Positions 1-11,440 of a stretch of 64,000 nt of DNA are shown here, piece after piece. The DNA comes from a phage: the sequence record PZ445526.1; one strand, written 5' to 3'. The position numbers and the translations under genes are program-made. Under the pieces are notes generated by a model. The model searched no databases. It saw nothing but the letters and a program-made list of their open reading frames with translations, and was not told where the DNA came from. The first letter of the stretch is position 1; each line of letters starts with the position of its first letter.

Positions 1-83
1 TTATATTTCTGGGCAAAATAAGGAAGGCCTGATTGCCAGCTTAAACATACTCCATCAATATCAGTCAAAATAGTAGGCTTCAT
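1..83 (-). CDS. Partial CDS (N-terminal 27 codons; rest lies beyond window start); HAD-like hydrolase candidate
   Basis: ATG at 83..81 overlaps upstream stop (ATGA); translation MKPTILTDIDGVCLSWQ... has a DxDG-type HAD motif I; runs off the window. Confidence 0.4.
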   Translation of the reverse strand, partial: MKPTILTDIDGVCLSWQSGLPYFAQKY

Positions 84-538
84 AGAGAGTCTCTTAATAG
101 GTTTAACACATCAATAAATTCAGCTTCGGTTAGTATTGTATCATCTTTTGTTAGACCACTAGCCATGCTGTGCTTCAAAACTTTTCCTTTCGAGGCTTGT
201 AATGCATCACGAAAGCCCTTGTTTTGGATCGCTGCTTCAAAATATGCATTTGTGTATAATTCTTTCCACGCTGGGGAGTATCTTGAAAACGGAACTCCAA
301 GCCAGAAGAGGGTCCCACGGTCCTGAGCTCTAGCATAAGACCTTCCAGCTTGTTGGGCGGCAAGCCCTGATAACCCAAATATACGACGTTGTTGTTCAAC
401 ATTTTTCACCTTACACCCTTGGAGGAATCCTTCGAGACCTCCAAATTGAATACCATCCATAACGAAAGGCCAATGGGCGAAATTACTTAATGCACATGAT
501 GGCCATCTAAAATTGCTTCTAATCTCTAACTCAGACAT
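80..538 (-). CDS. NADAR/YbiA-like (DUF1768) domain protein, 152 aa from the ATG
   Basis: Track ORF starts on TTG at 544; in-frame ATG at 538. Motif LSNFAHWPFVMDG resembles E. coli YbiA FSNFAAWPIKVDG. Confidence 0.55.
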   Translation of the reverse strand: MSELEIRSNFRWPSCALSNFAHWPFVMDGIQFGGLEGFLQGCKVKNVEQQRRIFGLSGLAAQQAGRSYARAQDRGTLFWLGVPFSRYSPAWKELYTNAYFEAAIQNKGFRDALQASKGKVLKHSMASGLTKDDTILTEAEFIDVLNLLRDSL

Positions 539-737
539 TTTCAATGCTTATAATTTCAACATCAGCCCAATGACCATAGCAAGGAAGACGAAATTCAACT
601 GGCCAGTTAGGGTCCTTTTCTAATATAATAGACTCAACTTGTGGTTCTTCATGTTCATCAGTATATGGATTTTTATCTGTTACTTTATATGTGACCTTAA
701 TGTACTGAATTCCAAAAATCTTATTAATTATATTCAT
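531..737 (-). CDS. Hypothetical protein, 68 aa
   Basis: ATG-initiated ORF in a tightly packed minus-strand array; overlaps neighbours by a few nt. Confidence 0.5.
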   Translation of the reverse strand: MNIINKIFGIQYIKVTYKVTDKNPYTDEHEEPQVESIILEKDPNWPVEFRLPCYGHWADVEIISIENV

Positions 738-931
738 ACTAATTCCTTTAATCCGTAAATAGGAGATAATTCATCACCCATACGAAGGTCTTCATTTCCA
801 TCTACCCAGGAAACAATATAAGCCTCTTTTATTTGAATACCACTCCATTTAAATGGAGGTAGAACCTTAGAAATTAATCCAGGTATACCAACTCCCTTTA
901 ATTCAACGGTTTGACCTAAAAAGAATTTCAT
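734..931 (-). CDS. Hypothetical protein, 65 aa
   Basis: ATG-initiated ORF, 4-nt overlap with downstream gene. Confidence 0.5.
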   Translation of the reverse strand: MKFFLGQTVELKGVGIPGLISKVLPPFKWSGIQIKEAYIVSWVDGNEDLRMGDELSPIYGLKELV

Positions 932-1218
932 TAAAACCTCATCTGAAAACCGTGCGATTTAACGTTACCGCCGCCAATATCAGAAATGTTAATTTCGCGC
1001 GCAATTGAAGGGTCAATGTCAATTTCACGATTGAGTTTAGTGATAGCTAAAGTATCGCGCCCATTTACAGTACGGAACTCTAAAGGACAAACCACATCAA
1101 CGTAGTTTTTAATCGATTCACTGGTAGGCTGCAAATGAGCAGGAAGGTCTTTAGGCGCCTTTGAGAAAACCACTTCACAGAAATTTTTGCGGGTATCAAA
1201 ATAAGTAGTCATAAACAT
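931..1218 (-). CDS. Hypothetical protein, about 95 aa
   Basis: Track start 1251 has no SD and sits against a GC hairpin; ATG at 1218 is preceded by GAGGAAAAT. Confidence 0.5.
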   Translation of the reverse strand: MFMTTYFDTRKNFCEVVFSKAPKDLPAHLQPTSESIKNYVDVVCPLEFRTVNGRDTLAITKLNREIDIDPSIAREINISDIGGGNVKSHGFQMRF

Positions 1219-1235
1219 AATATTTTCCTCAGTAA

Positions 1236-1249
1236 GGGGCCGAAGCCCC
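1236..1249 (-). other. Intercistronic GC-rich stem-loop (GGGGC-UUCG-GCCCC on the transcript)
   Basis: Plus-strand ggggccgaagcccc is a perfect inverted repeat with a 4-nt loop, between a stop at 1258 and the SD/ATG at 1218. Confidence 0.5.
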
Positions 1250-1257
1250 ATTTTATT

Positions 1258-1623
1258 TTAAATATCAAATTCATTAAGAACTACATCAAAGATTGCTTCA
1301 AGATGCTCAGGTTTAGCTCTGTTACTCAGAATATGACGAATCCAAGTTTTAACCAAAAGCTTGCGATTAACGCCATTCCAGCAAGGATGAGTCCCTAAAT
1401 CGCGTTGACGGAAATCATCATCCAGAGCGATTTTGAAGTTGGAACCTTCCATTGTGATTGAAACCGTGATACCGTTTTCAAATCGCATATAAACGTAGTT
1501 AGGAGTCATATACTGTTCAATTTCGCATACTGATCCATTTTGATGTTTCCAAAGGCAAATAGTATCAATAGAACCTGCAATACCATTAGAAACATATTTA
1601 CGTTCAAAGTTGATGTAGTTCAT
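1258..1623 (-). CDS. Hypothetical protein, 121 aa
   Basis: ATG-initiated ORF with coding-like composition. Confidence 0.6.
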   Translation of the reverse strand: MNYINFERKYVSNGIAGSIDTICLWKHQNGSVCEIEQYMTPNYVYMRFENGITVSITMEGSNFKIALDDDFRQRDLGTHPCWNGVNRKLLVKTWIRHILSNRAKPEHLEAIFDVVLNEFDI

Positions 1624-1691
1624 TTTTATTCTCCGAGATGTTTAATTGCGGTACAGGTATATAATATCATATCCTGTACCAAAGTAAACAA

Positions 1692-2024
1692 TTATTTTAC
1701 TACTTTCCAATGCTGCATGTCAAGTTTACCAACTTTTTTCATCTTCTCAATTAAGCGTTCTGCACGTTGGCGAGCTGTAACATAATGCCATTCGCCTAAT
1801 TCATTTTGTTCAATTTTTCCAACGATTACTGTATTCAATTCATAAATCCAACCAGTAAAGAAATTATGAACTTGAATTGTAAAGGTGAAATCTGTTCCCA
1901 TACCTTCTGTTGTTTCTACTTCAATAATATCACCTTCAACTGCCATTAAGAACCACATAGTTTCATTATATTTACCATTGAAGCATTTAGTTTTAACTGC
2001 AGCGTTCAGATTAATCGTTTTCAT
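1692..2024 (-). CDS. Hypothetical protein, 110 aa
   Basis: ATG at 2024 preceded by AAAGGAGAA; early-promoter-like motif upstream. Confidence 0.6.
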   Translation of the reverse strand: MKTINLNAAVKTKCFNGKYNETMWFLMAVEGDIIEVETTEGMGTDFTFTIQVHNFFTGWIYELNTVIVGKIEQNELGEWHYVTARQRAERLIEKMKKVGKLDMQHWKVVK

Positions 2025-2045
2025 TTTATTCTCCTTTGTTTGTGT

Positions 2046-2083
2046 AAGATAATACTATCACAAAGGAACCATACTGTAAACAA
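2046..2083 (-). promoter_or_regulatory. Candidate sigma70-type early promoter (GTTTACA -35, TAGTATTAT -10 on minus strand)
   Basis: Plus-strand tgtaaac at 2075..2081 and gataatacta at 2048..2057, about 17 nt apart, upstream of the ATG at 2024. Confidence 0.4.
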
Positions 2084-2100
2084 CTTTATGCAATCTTTGG

Positions 2101-2130
2101 AAAATAAAAAAGGACTCCCGAAGGAGTCCT
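2101..2130 (-). terminator. Rho-independent terminator
   Basis: aggactcc-cgaa-ggagtcct hairpin followed on the minus strand by a U-run (plus aaaataaaaa), just after the stop at 2135. Confidence 0.7.
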
Positions 2131-2134
2131 CAAC

Positions 2135-2311
2135 TTATGCTTTCTGCTTACCAAAACGAGAAGCATCATCTCGAAGAACCGCACGTGCTCGACACATGAT
2201 CTTCTCAACAGTTTGATTGATACGAGAGTTCGACCCACGCTTGTAGCCAGCGCGTTTAGAATCACCAACTTTCTTTTCAACTGCTTTCTTTGCTTTAGCT
2301 TGTTTTGCCAT
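2135..2311 (-). CDS. Small basic protein, 58 aa (MAKQAKAKKAVEKK...)
   Basis: Track ORF extends to 2353 without SD; ATG at 2311 has an AAGAGA SD; terminator immediately downstream. Confidence 0.5.
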   Translation of the reverse strand: MAKQAKAKKAVEKKVGDSKRAGYKRGSNSRINQTVEKIMCRARAVLRDDASRFGKQKA

Positions 2312-2599
2312 TATAAATTCTCTTTTAAATGAAAATGCAGGACTTATTGACATTGCCTGCGCAAGCCCTCAAGGGGAACATAGGTTTTGAATATTTACCG
2401 ACAGGATAACCATAAACCTCGTCATCATACCACCAAGACTTACACAGATAACACTTTTCTGACGCATGATAGTAACATTCAAGAGGTACACCATAAAACT
2501 GCCGGGGTCTTAAAACTATAATGATTCGCAAATCATTAATCAGACAGTTCGATGGCTCCTCGATTTTAGCTCACACTAAGGCAGTGAATCTCCAATAAA

Positions 2600-2848
2600 T
2601 TACTTCAGTGTTACCACAAAGTGACGAACTGCTTTTCGTGCAGCAGAAGCCAAAGGCTTAGCATATTTAAGTTCATCTTTTTCCTGAAGCTCAGCAGCTA
2701 ATGCAGTTTGAGCAGGATTCAGATGTTTGAAATAACGCAGGATTTCAAGAGCTTCGGCTTCAACATCAATAGATGCGCCATAGTTTTCGTGACCACTATT
2801 CCATGCGTTTCGTTGCAGTTCAAGAGCGTGTTGTAATTGTTTAATCAT
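2600..2848 (-). CDS. rIII: rIII lysis-inhibition accessory protein, 82 aa
   Basis: 82-aa product MIKQLQHALELQRNAWNSGHENYG... recognised as T4 rIII; position between 31 and the 30.x ORFs matches T4. Confidence 0.85.
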   Translation of the reverse strand: MIKQLQHALELQRNAWNSGHENYGASIDVEAEALEILRYFKHLNPAQTALAAELQEKDELKYAKPLASAARKAVRHFVVTLK

Positions 2849-2987
2849 TTAAAAATTCTCGTTAGAGATTAAAACTCGGTAGTCACGTTCTTCTGAATTT
2901 CATCTTCTTTCGACAGATCTCTCAGTTGTAGACTACCACATAGAATTGTTCGGTTGACTTATTATTCCGACACCCAATTCATATTAT

Positions 2988-2995
2988 TATTTATA
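2988..2995 (-). promoter_or_regulatory. Candidate late promoter box TATAAATA
   Basis: Plus-strand tatttata is the reverse complement of TATAAATA, just downstream of the gene 31 stop; would read into rIII. Confidence 0.35.
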
Positions 2996-3331
2996 TCACT
3001 TATAAAGACACGGAATAGCTTTATAGTGACAAGTAACGAATTTTTGTTTAATTTCTTTTGGCTGCTTAAGACCCAGAGCTACAAAAGGATGCGGAACATT
3101 TCGAATTTGACCAACTGGAAGAGAAGTCAAATCACCAACTTCGCAGAAACCTTCAGGAACATCAGGACCAACAGAGTGAACTACACACAGTTCAGGAACT
3201 TCACCTTGAACACGTTTACCGATAATAAGTCCTGATTCTGTGACTTCTTCATCACCAGCTTGTGCAGGTTCAGAAACTAAAATAACATATTCACCGACAG
3301 CACGAATTGGTAGCTGTTGTACTTCAGACAT
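2996..3331 (-). CDS. 31: gp31 co-chaperonin (GroES-like), 111 aa
   Basis: 111-aa product [22 protein letters not shown]... recognised as T4 gp31. Confidence 0.9.
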
Positions 3332-3387
3332 CGTTTTTCCTTTTTGTTAACAGATGAATTAATAATAACAAATAATTCTTAAAGCAT

Positions 3388-3696
3388 TTATTTACCAATA
3401 AATTGGAGCAAATGCTCAACTTTCATACCATTAACGGAAATCAATTTGTCAATAGAAAAACCTCGCCATGCACCAAGCTCAACATCAAACACTGGAATCA
3501 TGTCAGTAGATTCTTTCCGAGTAGATTCAGTCAATTTACCAGTTTGCATGGTTGGCATAAAGTCTGCATCACGAGTACCTTTCATAGTACGAATAGTACC
3601 ATCAGACTTTTCAAAAACTACGTTTGAAACACCCATGGACAGTTTAGTTTTCAAAATTTCACGAATTGCTACTTTCTGCTCAGTTGTCAGTTTCAT
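3388..3696 (-). CDS. Hypothetical protein, 102 aa
   Basis: ATG-initiated ORF between 31 and cd. Confidence 0.6.
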   Translation of the reverse strand: MKLTTEQKVAIREILKTKLSMGVSNVVFEKSDGTIRTMKGTRDADFMPTMQTGKLTESTRKESTDMIPVFDVELGAWRGFSIDKLISVNGMKVEHLLQFIGK

Positions 3697-3933
3697 TTAT
3701 TTACCTATTACAGTTTTAATATGAGTTGTTCCACGTTCTTTAAGGGTGGAAAGTAATTTTTGGCATTTTTCTAAATCAGATTTCCAACTATATGGTCTAT
3801 CAATACTAGTCCAATCAGTTTTATAATACTGTTTCCATTTAGAGAAAAAATATTTCTTATACTCTACAGCAAATGAGATGTTCTCGTTAGAATAAGAACT
3901 AATTGCTGTGAGCTTTACCAAACGAAATTTCAT
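3697..3933 (-). CDS. Hypothetical protein, 78 aa
   Basis: ATG-initiated ORF abutting the cd stop. Confidence 0.55.
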   Translation of the reverse strand: MKFRLVKLTAISSYSNENISFAVEYKKYFFSKWKQYYKTDWTSIDRPYSWKSDLEKCQKLLSTLKERGTTHIKTVIGK

Positions 3934-4514
3934 TATTCACCACAGAATTCGTTGATATTTTCCCAGTTTAACTTATTCAAGTTTTTCTTAGGAACATTAA
4001 ACACTTCAATACCTGCATTTCGCAGAATATCATCCCAGCCAGGTTTATTTTTATCGTATGTTTCACAATAAACCAGCTTTTTAATACCAGATTGAGCTAT
4101 CGCTTTTGCACAATCTGGACAGGGAGAAAGTGTTACATACATAGTAGCACCTTCAATAGAAGAACCATTTCGTGCAGCAAACAAAATTGCATTTAGTTCA
4201 GCATGAATTTCATTTTTAGATGACCATTCCGAGTGAGCACTACGATGTTCTTTCGCCAAAACAAAACGATCAGTTGAACCAAATGATACGCATTCAGGCT
4301 TATGACCTTGAATGATAGTATGTTTAGGCTTATTCAACAACCAACCTTGCTCAGCAGCATAATCACAACAGTTCACACCCCCTGCGGGTGAACCATTATA
4401 CCCAGTAGAAATAATACGTCCATTCTTTTCAATTACTGCTCCTACCTTCCAGGAGCAACATTTTGATTCCTGCGATACTAAATATGCAATTTGAAGTACT
4501 GTACTCGCTTTCAT
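3933..4514 (-). CDS. cd: dCMP deaminase, 193 aa
   Basis: Zinc-dependent deaminase motifs HAELNA and SPCPDCAKAI; length and sequence match T4 Cd. Confidence 0.9.
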   Translation of the reverse strand: MKASTVLQIAYLVSQESKCCSWKVGAVIEKNGRIISTGYNGSPAGGVNCCDYAAEQGWLLNKPKHTIIQGHKPECVSFGSTDRFVLAKEHRSAHSEWSSKNEIHAELNAILFAARNGSSIEGATMYVTLSPCPDCAKAIAQSGIKKLVYCETYDKNKPGWDDILRNAGIEVFNVPKKNLNKLNWENINEFCGE

Positions 4515-4849
4515 TTCATAATCACCAGATAAGCAGATTTAGCAGTTTCAACACGATAAATTTCGTGACGAAGTTTAGTTATACTTTTAATAACAGAACT
4601 AATTATATTCTGCCCATCTTTAAAGCGGTTTTTCTTATCAATAAAAACTGCTCCAGTCATCTTTTTGTGAAGCTCAACCGGATACTTCGTCACAATAATA
4701 GCATCATACGCAGAAGGATGAATACTATTCACCAGAGTATCATTCATTAAAGTTATTCTAATGAACTGTGCTGTTTCAGAATCAAGCGCTCTATGATCGC
4801 CAGTATCATTTTCAAGACAATTATCAATTATATCAGTTAAATTCATCAT
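4511..4849 (-). CDS. Hypothetical protein, 112 aa
   Basis: ATG-initiated ORF, 4-nt overlap with cd. Confidence 0.55.
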   Translation of the reverse strand: MMNLTDIIDNCLENDTGDHRALDSETAQFIRITLMNDTLVNSIHPSAYDAIIVTKYPVELHKKMTGAVFIDKKNRFKDGQNIISSVIKSITKLRHEIYRVETAKSAYLVIMK

Positions 4850-5085
4850 AGTACGCCATATACCCTTTGTGCTTCAACTAATCCATCAAAATCCAGTTTA
4901 AGATGCGATATTTGATCGCCATCACCTGGATTCACAATTACTAATACTGAACGAGGAGTTTCGGTAATAACACGAACCGATGTTTCAGGAAATCGTTCAG
5001 AAACCTTATTTACTAATTCCTGTGCAAATAGTTTAACTTTTTCTTGGAATTCTTTAACAGTAATCGGTTTTTCACTTAGTAGCAT
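4846..5085 (-). CDS. Hypothetical protein, 79 aa
   Basis: ATG-initiated ORF in an overlapping array. Confidence 0.55.
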   Translation of the reverse strand: MLLSEKPITVKEFQEKVKLFAQELVNKVSERFPETSVRVITETPRSVLVIVNPGDGDQISHLKLDFDGLVEAQRVYGVL

Positions 5086-5606
5086 GTTGATCCCAGCTCC
5101 TTACTTTCAACGTTTTTAACTAATTTGACAGAAACTAATTCAGCATCTTGAGTAATCATTACCGGACCTTCTTCATACTCTTCAAGATATTCTAGAGCTT
5201 TCTTTTTAGCTTCTTCCTTCGTATCAGTTTGAGCATAGATATAAAACATACAACCAGTAATACCTACTACTTTCCACTTAATTTCTTTATCAGTTTTAAT
5301 TTCAAATTTACTGACGGAATCATCTTTTTGAACTTCTTCGAAAAAATAATATTCTGACATATAAGCAATTGAAAATAACGGGCTGTCTTTATAGCATTCA
5401 CCCATTACATCAACAGCTTTATACCAGCAATCGTCAATTTCACGTTTAATGCTAATAACATTCTTTGCAGGGTCAATTTTTACTTTAAATGAATTTTCAT
5501 CAATAAACTGGACGATTCGTTTATTAGCCCCGCAAGTTTCATTAAAAATATCTTTATATCCAGTTTTAAAGCGATAAACCTTATCTTCTTCAAACCATTT
5601 GCTCAT
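5076..5606 (-). CDS. Hypothetical protein, 176 aa
   Basis: ATG at 5606 preceded by GAGGAAA. Confidence 0.6.
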   Translation of the reverse strand: MSKWFEEDKVYRFKTGYKDIFNETCGANKRIVQFIDENSFKVKIDPAKNVISIKREIDDCWYKAVDVMGECYKDSPLFSIAYMSEYYFFEEVQKDDSVSKFEIKTDKEIKWKVVGITGCMFYIYAQTDTKEEAKKKALEYLEEYEEGPVMITQDAELVSVKLVKNVESKELGSTCY

Positions 5607-5632
5607 TTCAATTTCCTCGTTTGTTTGGTAGA

Positions 5633-5667
5633 GCTATAATATCACAACTCTACCGTAAAGTAAACCA
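5633..5667 (-). promoter_or_regulatory. Candidate early promoter
   Basis: Plus-strand gtaaac at 5660..5665 with tataat-like block at 5635..5642, upstream of the ATG at 5606. Confidence 0.35.
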
Positions 5668-5943
5668 CTAAATTGCTTTGAATTCTGCTGTCTGCGATTC
5701 AAAACGAATGTCGCCTTTGATAACTAGCTCAGCATCAAGACCGAATACAACAATGATATGCGCGGAACCTGGATACAGCGTAATGGCAATAGAATCCACC
5801 TGGTCTGGAAGCAAAGTGTTCAATACATGAGTCACTTGAGCATGAATTCGAAGCTCGGCTGCGTTATCAAGTTTTTCAAACATATTATTAGCGATAATTT
5901 GGCTAAACACTACTTCTACGATTTTAGAATAAGTTGGAAACAT
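5668..5943 (-). CDS. Hypothetical protein, 91 aa
   Basis: ATG-initiated ORF between pseT and downstream genes. Confidence 0.5.
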   Translation of the reverse strand: MFPTYSKIVEVVFSQIIANNMFEKLDNAAELRIHAQVTHVLNTLLPDQVDSIAITLYPGSAHIIVVFGLDAELVIKGDIRFESQTAEFKAI

Positions 5944-6007
5944 ATTTACCTCACATAATTTTCTTCAAGCCAATTAATAATATCCCAAGTTTTATGATGC
6001 AAAGCCA

Positions 6008-7211
<1,204 letters not shown>

Positions 7212-7215
<4 letters not shown>

Positions 7216-7442
7216 TTATTTTTCTCAACCAATGATTGAATATAATCATGCAGGTCTTTAGATGCTTTGCCCCACTTATTTTGATATTCATTTTTAAGAT
7301 TAGCACGTGATTGAGCTAATAAAACATCATTAGTTGGAGGTAAAGATTCTAACCGCTGAATCTGGCGTCCATAAATCATTGCAGCCATCTCGGATTCATA
7401 AATCAATCCTTTGAGATGTTCAAATTGATGCCATGAAATCAT
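7212..7442 (-). CDS. Hypothetical protein, 76 aa
   Basis: ATG-initiated ORF. Confidence 0.5.
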
Positions 7443-7738
7443 TTACATTTATCCTCTTTTAGCTCTTGACGATAATAACATATCATAGTTTTCTGATCAT
7501 GTACATATCGTTTTACATCATTAAGCCAAATACGAAATTCCTGAGAATCTTCAAATGGCATACCGACCCAAGCTTTACCATCGATAACTTTAACTTGCCA
7601 AGATAGTTTAGCTTCGTCATATGACTTTATTTGTACAGGCCAATTAGGATGAACTGTTTCTTTCTTTACTTCTAGAGGCTTTGTAGAACAACCAACTAGA
7701 AGACCAATAGATAATATTACTGCTGATAGTTTAATCAT
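7439..7738 (-). CDS. Outer-membrane lipoprotein, o-spanin candidate (T4 pseT.2 equivalent), 99 aa
   Basis: N-terminal signal with lipobox LLVGC; immediately downstream of, and 4-nt overlapping, a TM plus coiled-coil ORF. Confidence 0.65.
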   Translation of the reverse strand: MIKLSAVILSIGLLVGCSTKPLEVKKETVHPNWPVQIKSYDEAKLSWQVKVIDGKAWVGMPFEDSQEFRIWLNDVKRYVHDQKTMICYYRQELKEDKCK

Positions 7739-8088
7739 TTAGAAAGGTCCTGGATGTCTTCTGCGAACTTGTTGAAGGAGTTGTTGATTTGTTTTTCAAC
7801 CAATCCTGGCTTATGAGCCACCACATCCGCCTTCTTTGCATCTTTGCGCAGTTTTTCATTTTCACGCTCAATAGCAGCAATTGCCTCACGATTTTTAGTA
7901 TTCATCGCATCAATATAATTATACTGAATTCGCAAATTATTTAATGCTAAAGCGTTTTCATTGGCCGTTTTTGTAATTTCTACAACAGACGTTTCTAATC
8001 TTTCAATTTTATTTTTTAAAATTAAAGAAGTTCCGCCTAATGCAATTACAATTAATAGCAAACCTGCTGTCGTATTACTTAATTGCAT
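7735..8088 (-). CDS. Inner-membrane i-spanin candidate (T4 pseT.3 equivalent), 117 aa
   Basis: N-terminal TM segment AGLLLIVIALGGTSLIL then charged coiled-coil-like region; paired with the downstream lipoprotein. Confidence 0.65.
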   Translation of the reverse strand: MQLSNTTAGLLLIVIALGGTSLILKNKIERLETSVVEITKTANENALALNNLRIQYNYIDAMNTKNREAIAAIERENEKLRKDAKKADVVAHKPGLVEKQINNSFNKFAEDIQDLSK

Positions 8089-8585
8089 AAAGTTTTAATA
8101 ACCTCTATAATATCGTCTTGAGAAAGACCGTTAATTAAAATATGATGTTCAGCTGGAGATTTAGAAATTTTAAAGCATGCCGCAACATCTTCTGCCATAT
8201 CTGATGCACTACGATTTGGATTACTAATTCCAAGACGATGCTTTCCAGTCAAAGGATTGACGATGATATAGCATTTGCAGCTATTGATATGAACATTAGG
8301 TTGAGTCTGATTAATGAATACTTCGCACTCATACTTAGCGAGTTGATTTTCTAAAAAGACTTTCATTTCCTCAACCGCATCAGGAAGCATATCACGGGCT
8401 TGCTCAAGACGACGATTTCGATATTCTTTAATGGTCGTTTTCCGCTTGACTTGCTTAGCTAAATCTTTCTTAAGATCGGTGATATATCCAACTCGACGAT
8501 TTCCTTTAAATACAGAAATCCCATCCGTAGTATCACCGTATGCTTCAACGACCATTTCAGTAGTAATAAGCTGTAAATCCATCAT
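8079..8585 (-). CDS. alc: Alc, inhibitor of host transcription, 168 aa
   Basis: Recognised as T4 Alc by sequence and position next to rnlA. Confidence 0.85.
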   Translation of the reverse strand: MMDLQLITTEMVVEAYGDTTDGISVFKGNRRVGYITDLKKDLAKQVKRKTTIKEYRNRRLEQARDMLPDAVEEMKVFLENQLAKYECEVFINQTQPNVHINSCKCYIIVNPLTGKHRLGISNPNRSASDMAEDVAACFKISKSPAEHHILINGLSQDDIIEVIKTLCN

Positions 8586-8599
8586 AAAGTCCTCATGTT

Positions 8600-8645
8600 A
8601 TGTCAGTAAGACTACTGTAACACAACATGAGGGACTTGTAAACAG
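8600..8645 (-). promoter_or_regulatory. Candidate early promoter upstream of alc
   Basis: Plus-strand ttgtaaaca at 8637..8645 with an AT-rich -10-like block about 17 nt lower. Confidence 0.3.
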
Positions 8646-8646
8646 C

Positions 8647-10234
<1,588 letters not shown>

Positions 10235-10242
10235 AATAAAAT

Positions 10243-10256
10243 GGGCCTTGCGGCCC
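10243..10256 (-). other. Stem-loop between the SD and the ATG of denA
   Basis: gggcc-ttgc-ggccc hairpin lies between AGGAG at 10257..10261 and the ATG at 10234, an arrangement that would bring the SD near the start. Confidence 0.5.
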
Positions 10257-10261
10257 ACTCC

Positions 10262-11440
10262 TTAAAAATATTTTTTAAAACTCATCATAACTTTATCATC
10301 AACATCATTATCAATCTGTGCAACAAGGTAAGATGACAGTTCTACTTCTTGTGGCGCGGATTGAACATTATCAGAATTAAGATATTCACGAATCCAAGGA
10401 TATGGATGTTTAACCGGAGCATCGGTAATTGGGCATGGAAGACCACACTGTTTCATACGAGATACAGTTAAGTAATCAATAAAGCTCCACATGCTATTTG
10501 TATTTAATCCAGGAACATCGCCATCTTTAAATAAATGAACTGCCCAATCTTTTTCTTGGCGGTTAACTTCCATGAAAATATCAACTGCTTCTTGTTCACA
10601 CTCTTGAGCAATTTTAACCCATTCATCGCCATCAGTGCCAAGTTGAAGTTGACGAATAATATATTGGGTGCCTTTAAGGTGAAGCTGCTCATCACGTGCA
10701 ATGAACTTCATAATCTTGGCATTACCTTCCATGATTTCCATGTTCTTATGGAAGTTAAAGGTACATGCGAAAGATACATAAAAACGAATAGCTTCCAATG
10801 CGTTGATTACATGCAAACAGAGGTAAAGAGATTTCATTAGCTCATGCTTCCAATATGTCTCATGCTCAATAGCATCTTCAATAACGTCTTCGTCTGCATT
10901 AATTTCTTTTTGGTATTCGATATCAGCTTTAGCGTTTTCCCAATAACGAGTTTTAATCAGAACATCATCATAATAACGTCCAATGGATTCAGCACGTTTC
11001 ATAATAGCTTCATCTAATACAATTTCATCAAATACCTTCGATGGATCAGTATAAAGATTTCGCATGATATGAGTATATGAACGACTGTGAATAGTTTCAC
11101 TAAAAGTCCATGTAGCAACCCATGTATCAAGGCTTGGGTCTGAAATTAATGACATAAGTACAGCAGACGGCGCACGACCCTGAATGCTATCCAAAAGTGA
11201 TTGATACTTCAGATTATTAGTAAAAATATTTTGCTGATACTGAGGAAGCTTATTAAACTGTGCAGCATCCATCATCAAGTTTACTTCTTCAGGACGCCAG
11301 AAAAATGATAATTGCTTTTCGGTTAAATCTTCAAATACTCGATGCCGTTGAATATCATAACGCGCAATACCAAGACCTGAACCAAAAAACATGGGTTCTT
11401 TTAAAACATCAACTGGATTTGTATTAAAAACTGTAGACAT
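10262..11440 (-). CDS. nrdB: Ribonucleotide reductase beta subunit, uninterrupted, 392 aa
   Basis: Recognised as NrdB starting MSTVFNTNPVDVLKEPMFF; continuous ORF with no intron; ATG at 11440 overlaps the upstream stop. Confidence 0.92.
   Translation of the reverse strand: MSTVFNTNPVDVLKEPMFFGSGLGIARYDIQRHRVFEDLTEKQLSFFWRPEEVNLMMDAAQFNKLPQYQQNIFTNNLKYQSLLDSIQGRAPSAVLMSLISDPSLDTWVATWTFSETIHSRSYTHIMRNLYTDPSKVFDEIVLDEAIMKRAESIGRYYDDVLIKTRYWENAKADIEYQKEINADEDVIEDAIEHETYWKHELMKSLYLCLHVINALEAIRFYVSFACTFNFHKNMEIMEGNAKIMKFIARDEQLHLKGTQYIIRQLQLGTDGDEWVKIAQECEQEAVDIFMEVNRQEKDWAVHLFKDGDVPGLNTNSMWSFIDYLTVSRMKQCGLPCPITDAPVKHPYPWIREYLNSDNVQSAPQEVELSSYLVAQIDNDVDDKVMMSFKKYF

Noticed and set aside
1540-1785. 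Plus-strand ORFs lying inside minus-strand genes (for example 1540..1785, 2954..3235, 3403..3724, 4463..4750, 6408..6991, 8431..8742, 10535..10840, 13326..13857, 18439..19128, 20608..21191)
   Set aside because: Each is fully antisense to a well-supported gene, lacks an SD, and has low-complexity composition typical of antisense frames in AT-rich DNA.
2325-2531. 68-aa minus-strand ORF from the track between rIII and the small basic protein
   Set aside because: Its start codon is TTG with no SD, it overlaps the preferred 2135..2311 gene, and it sits in what looks like an intergenic regulatory region.
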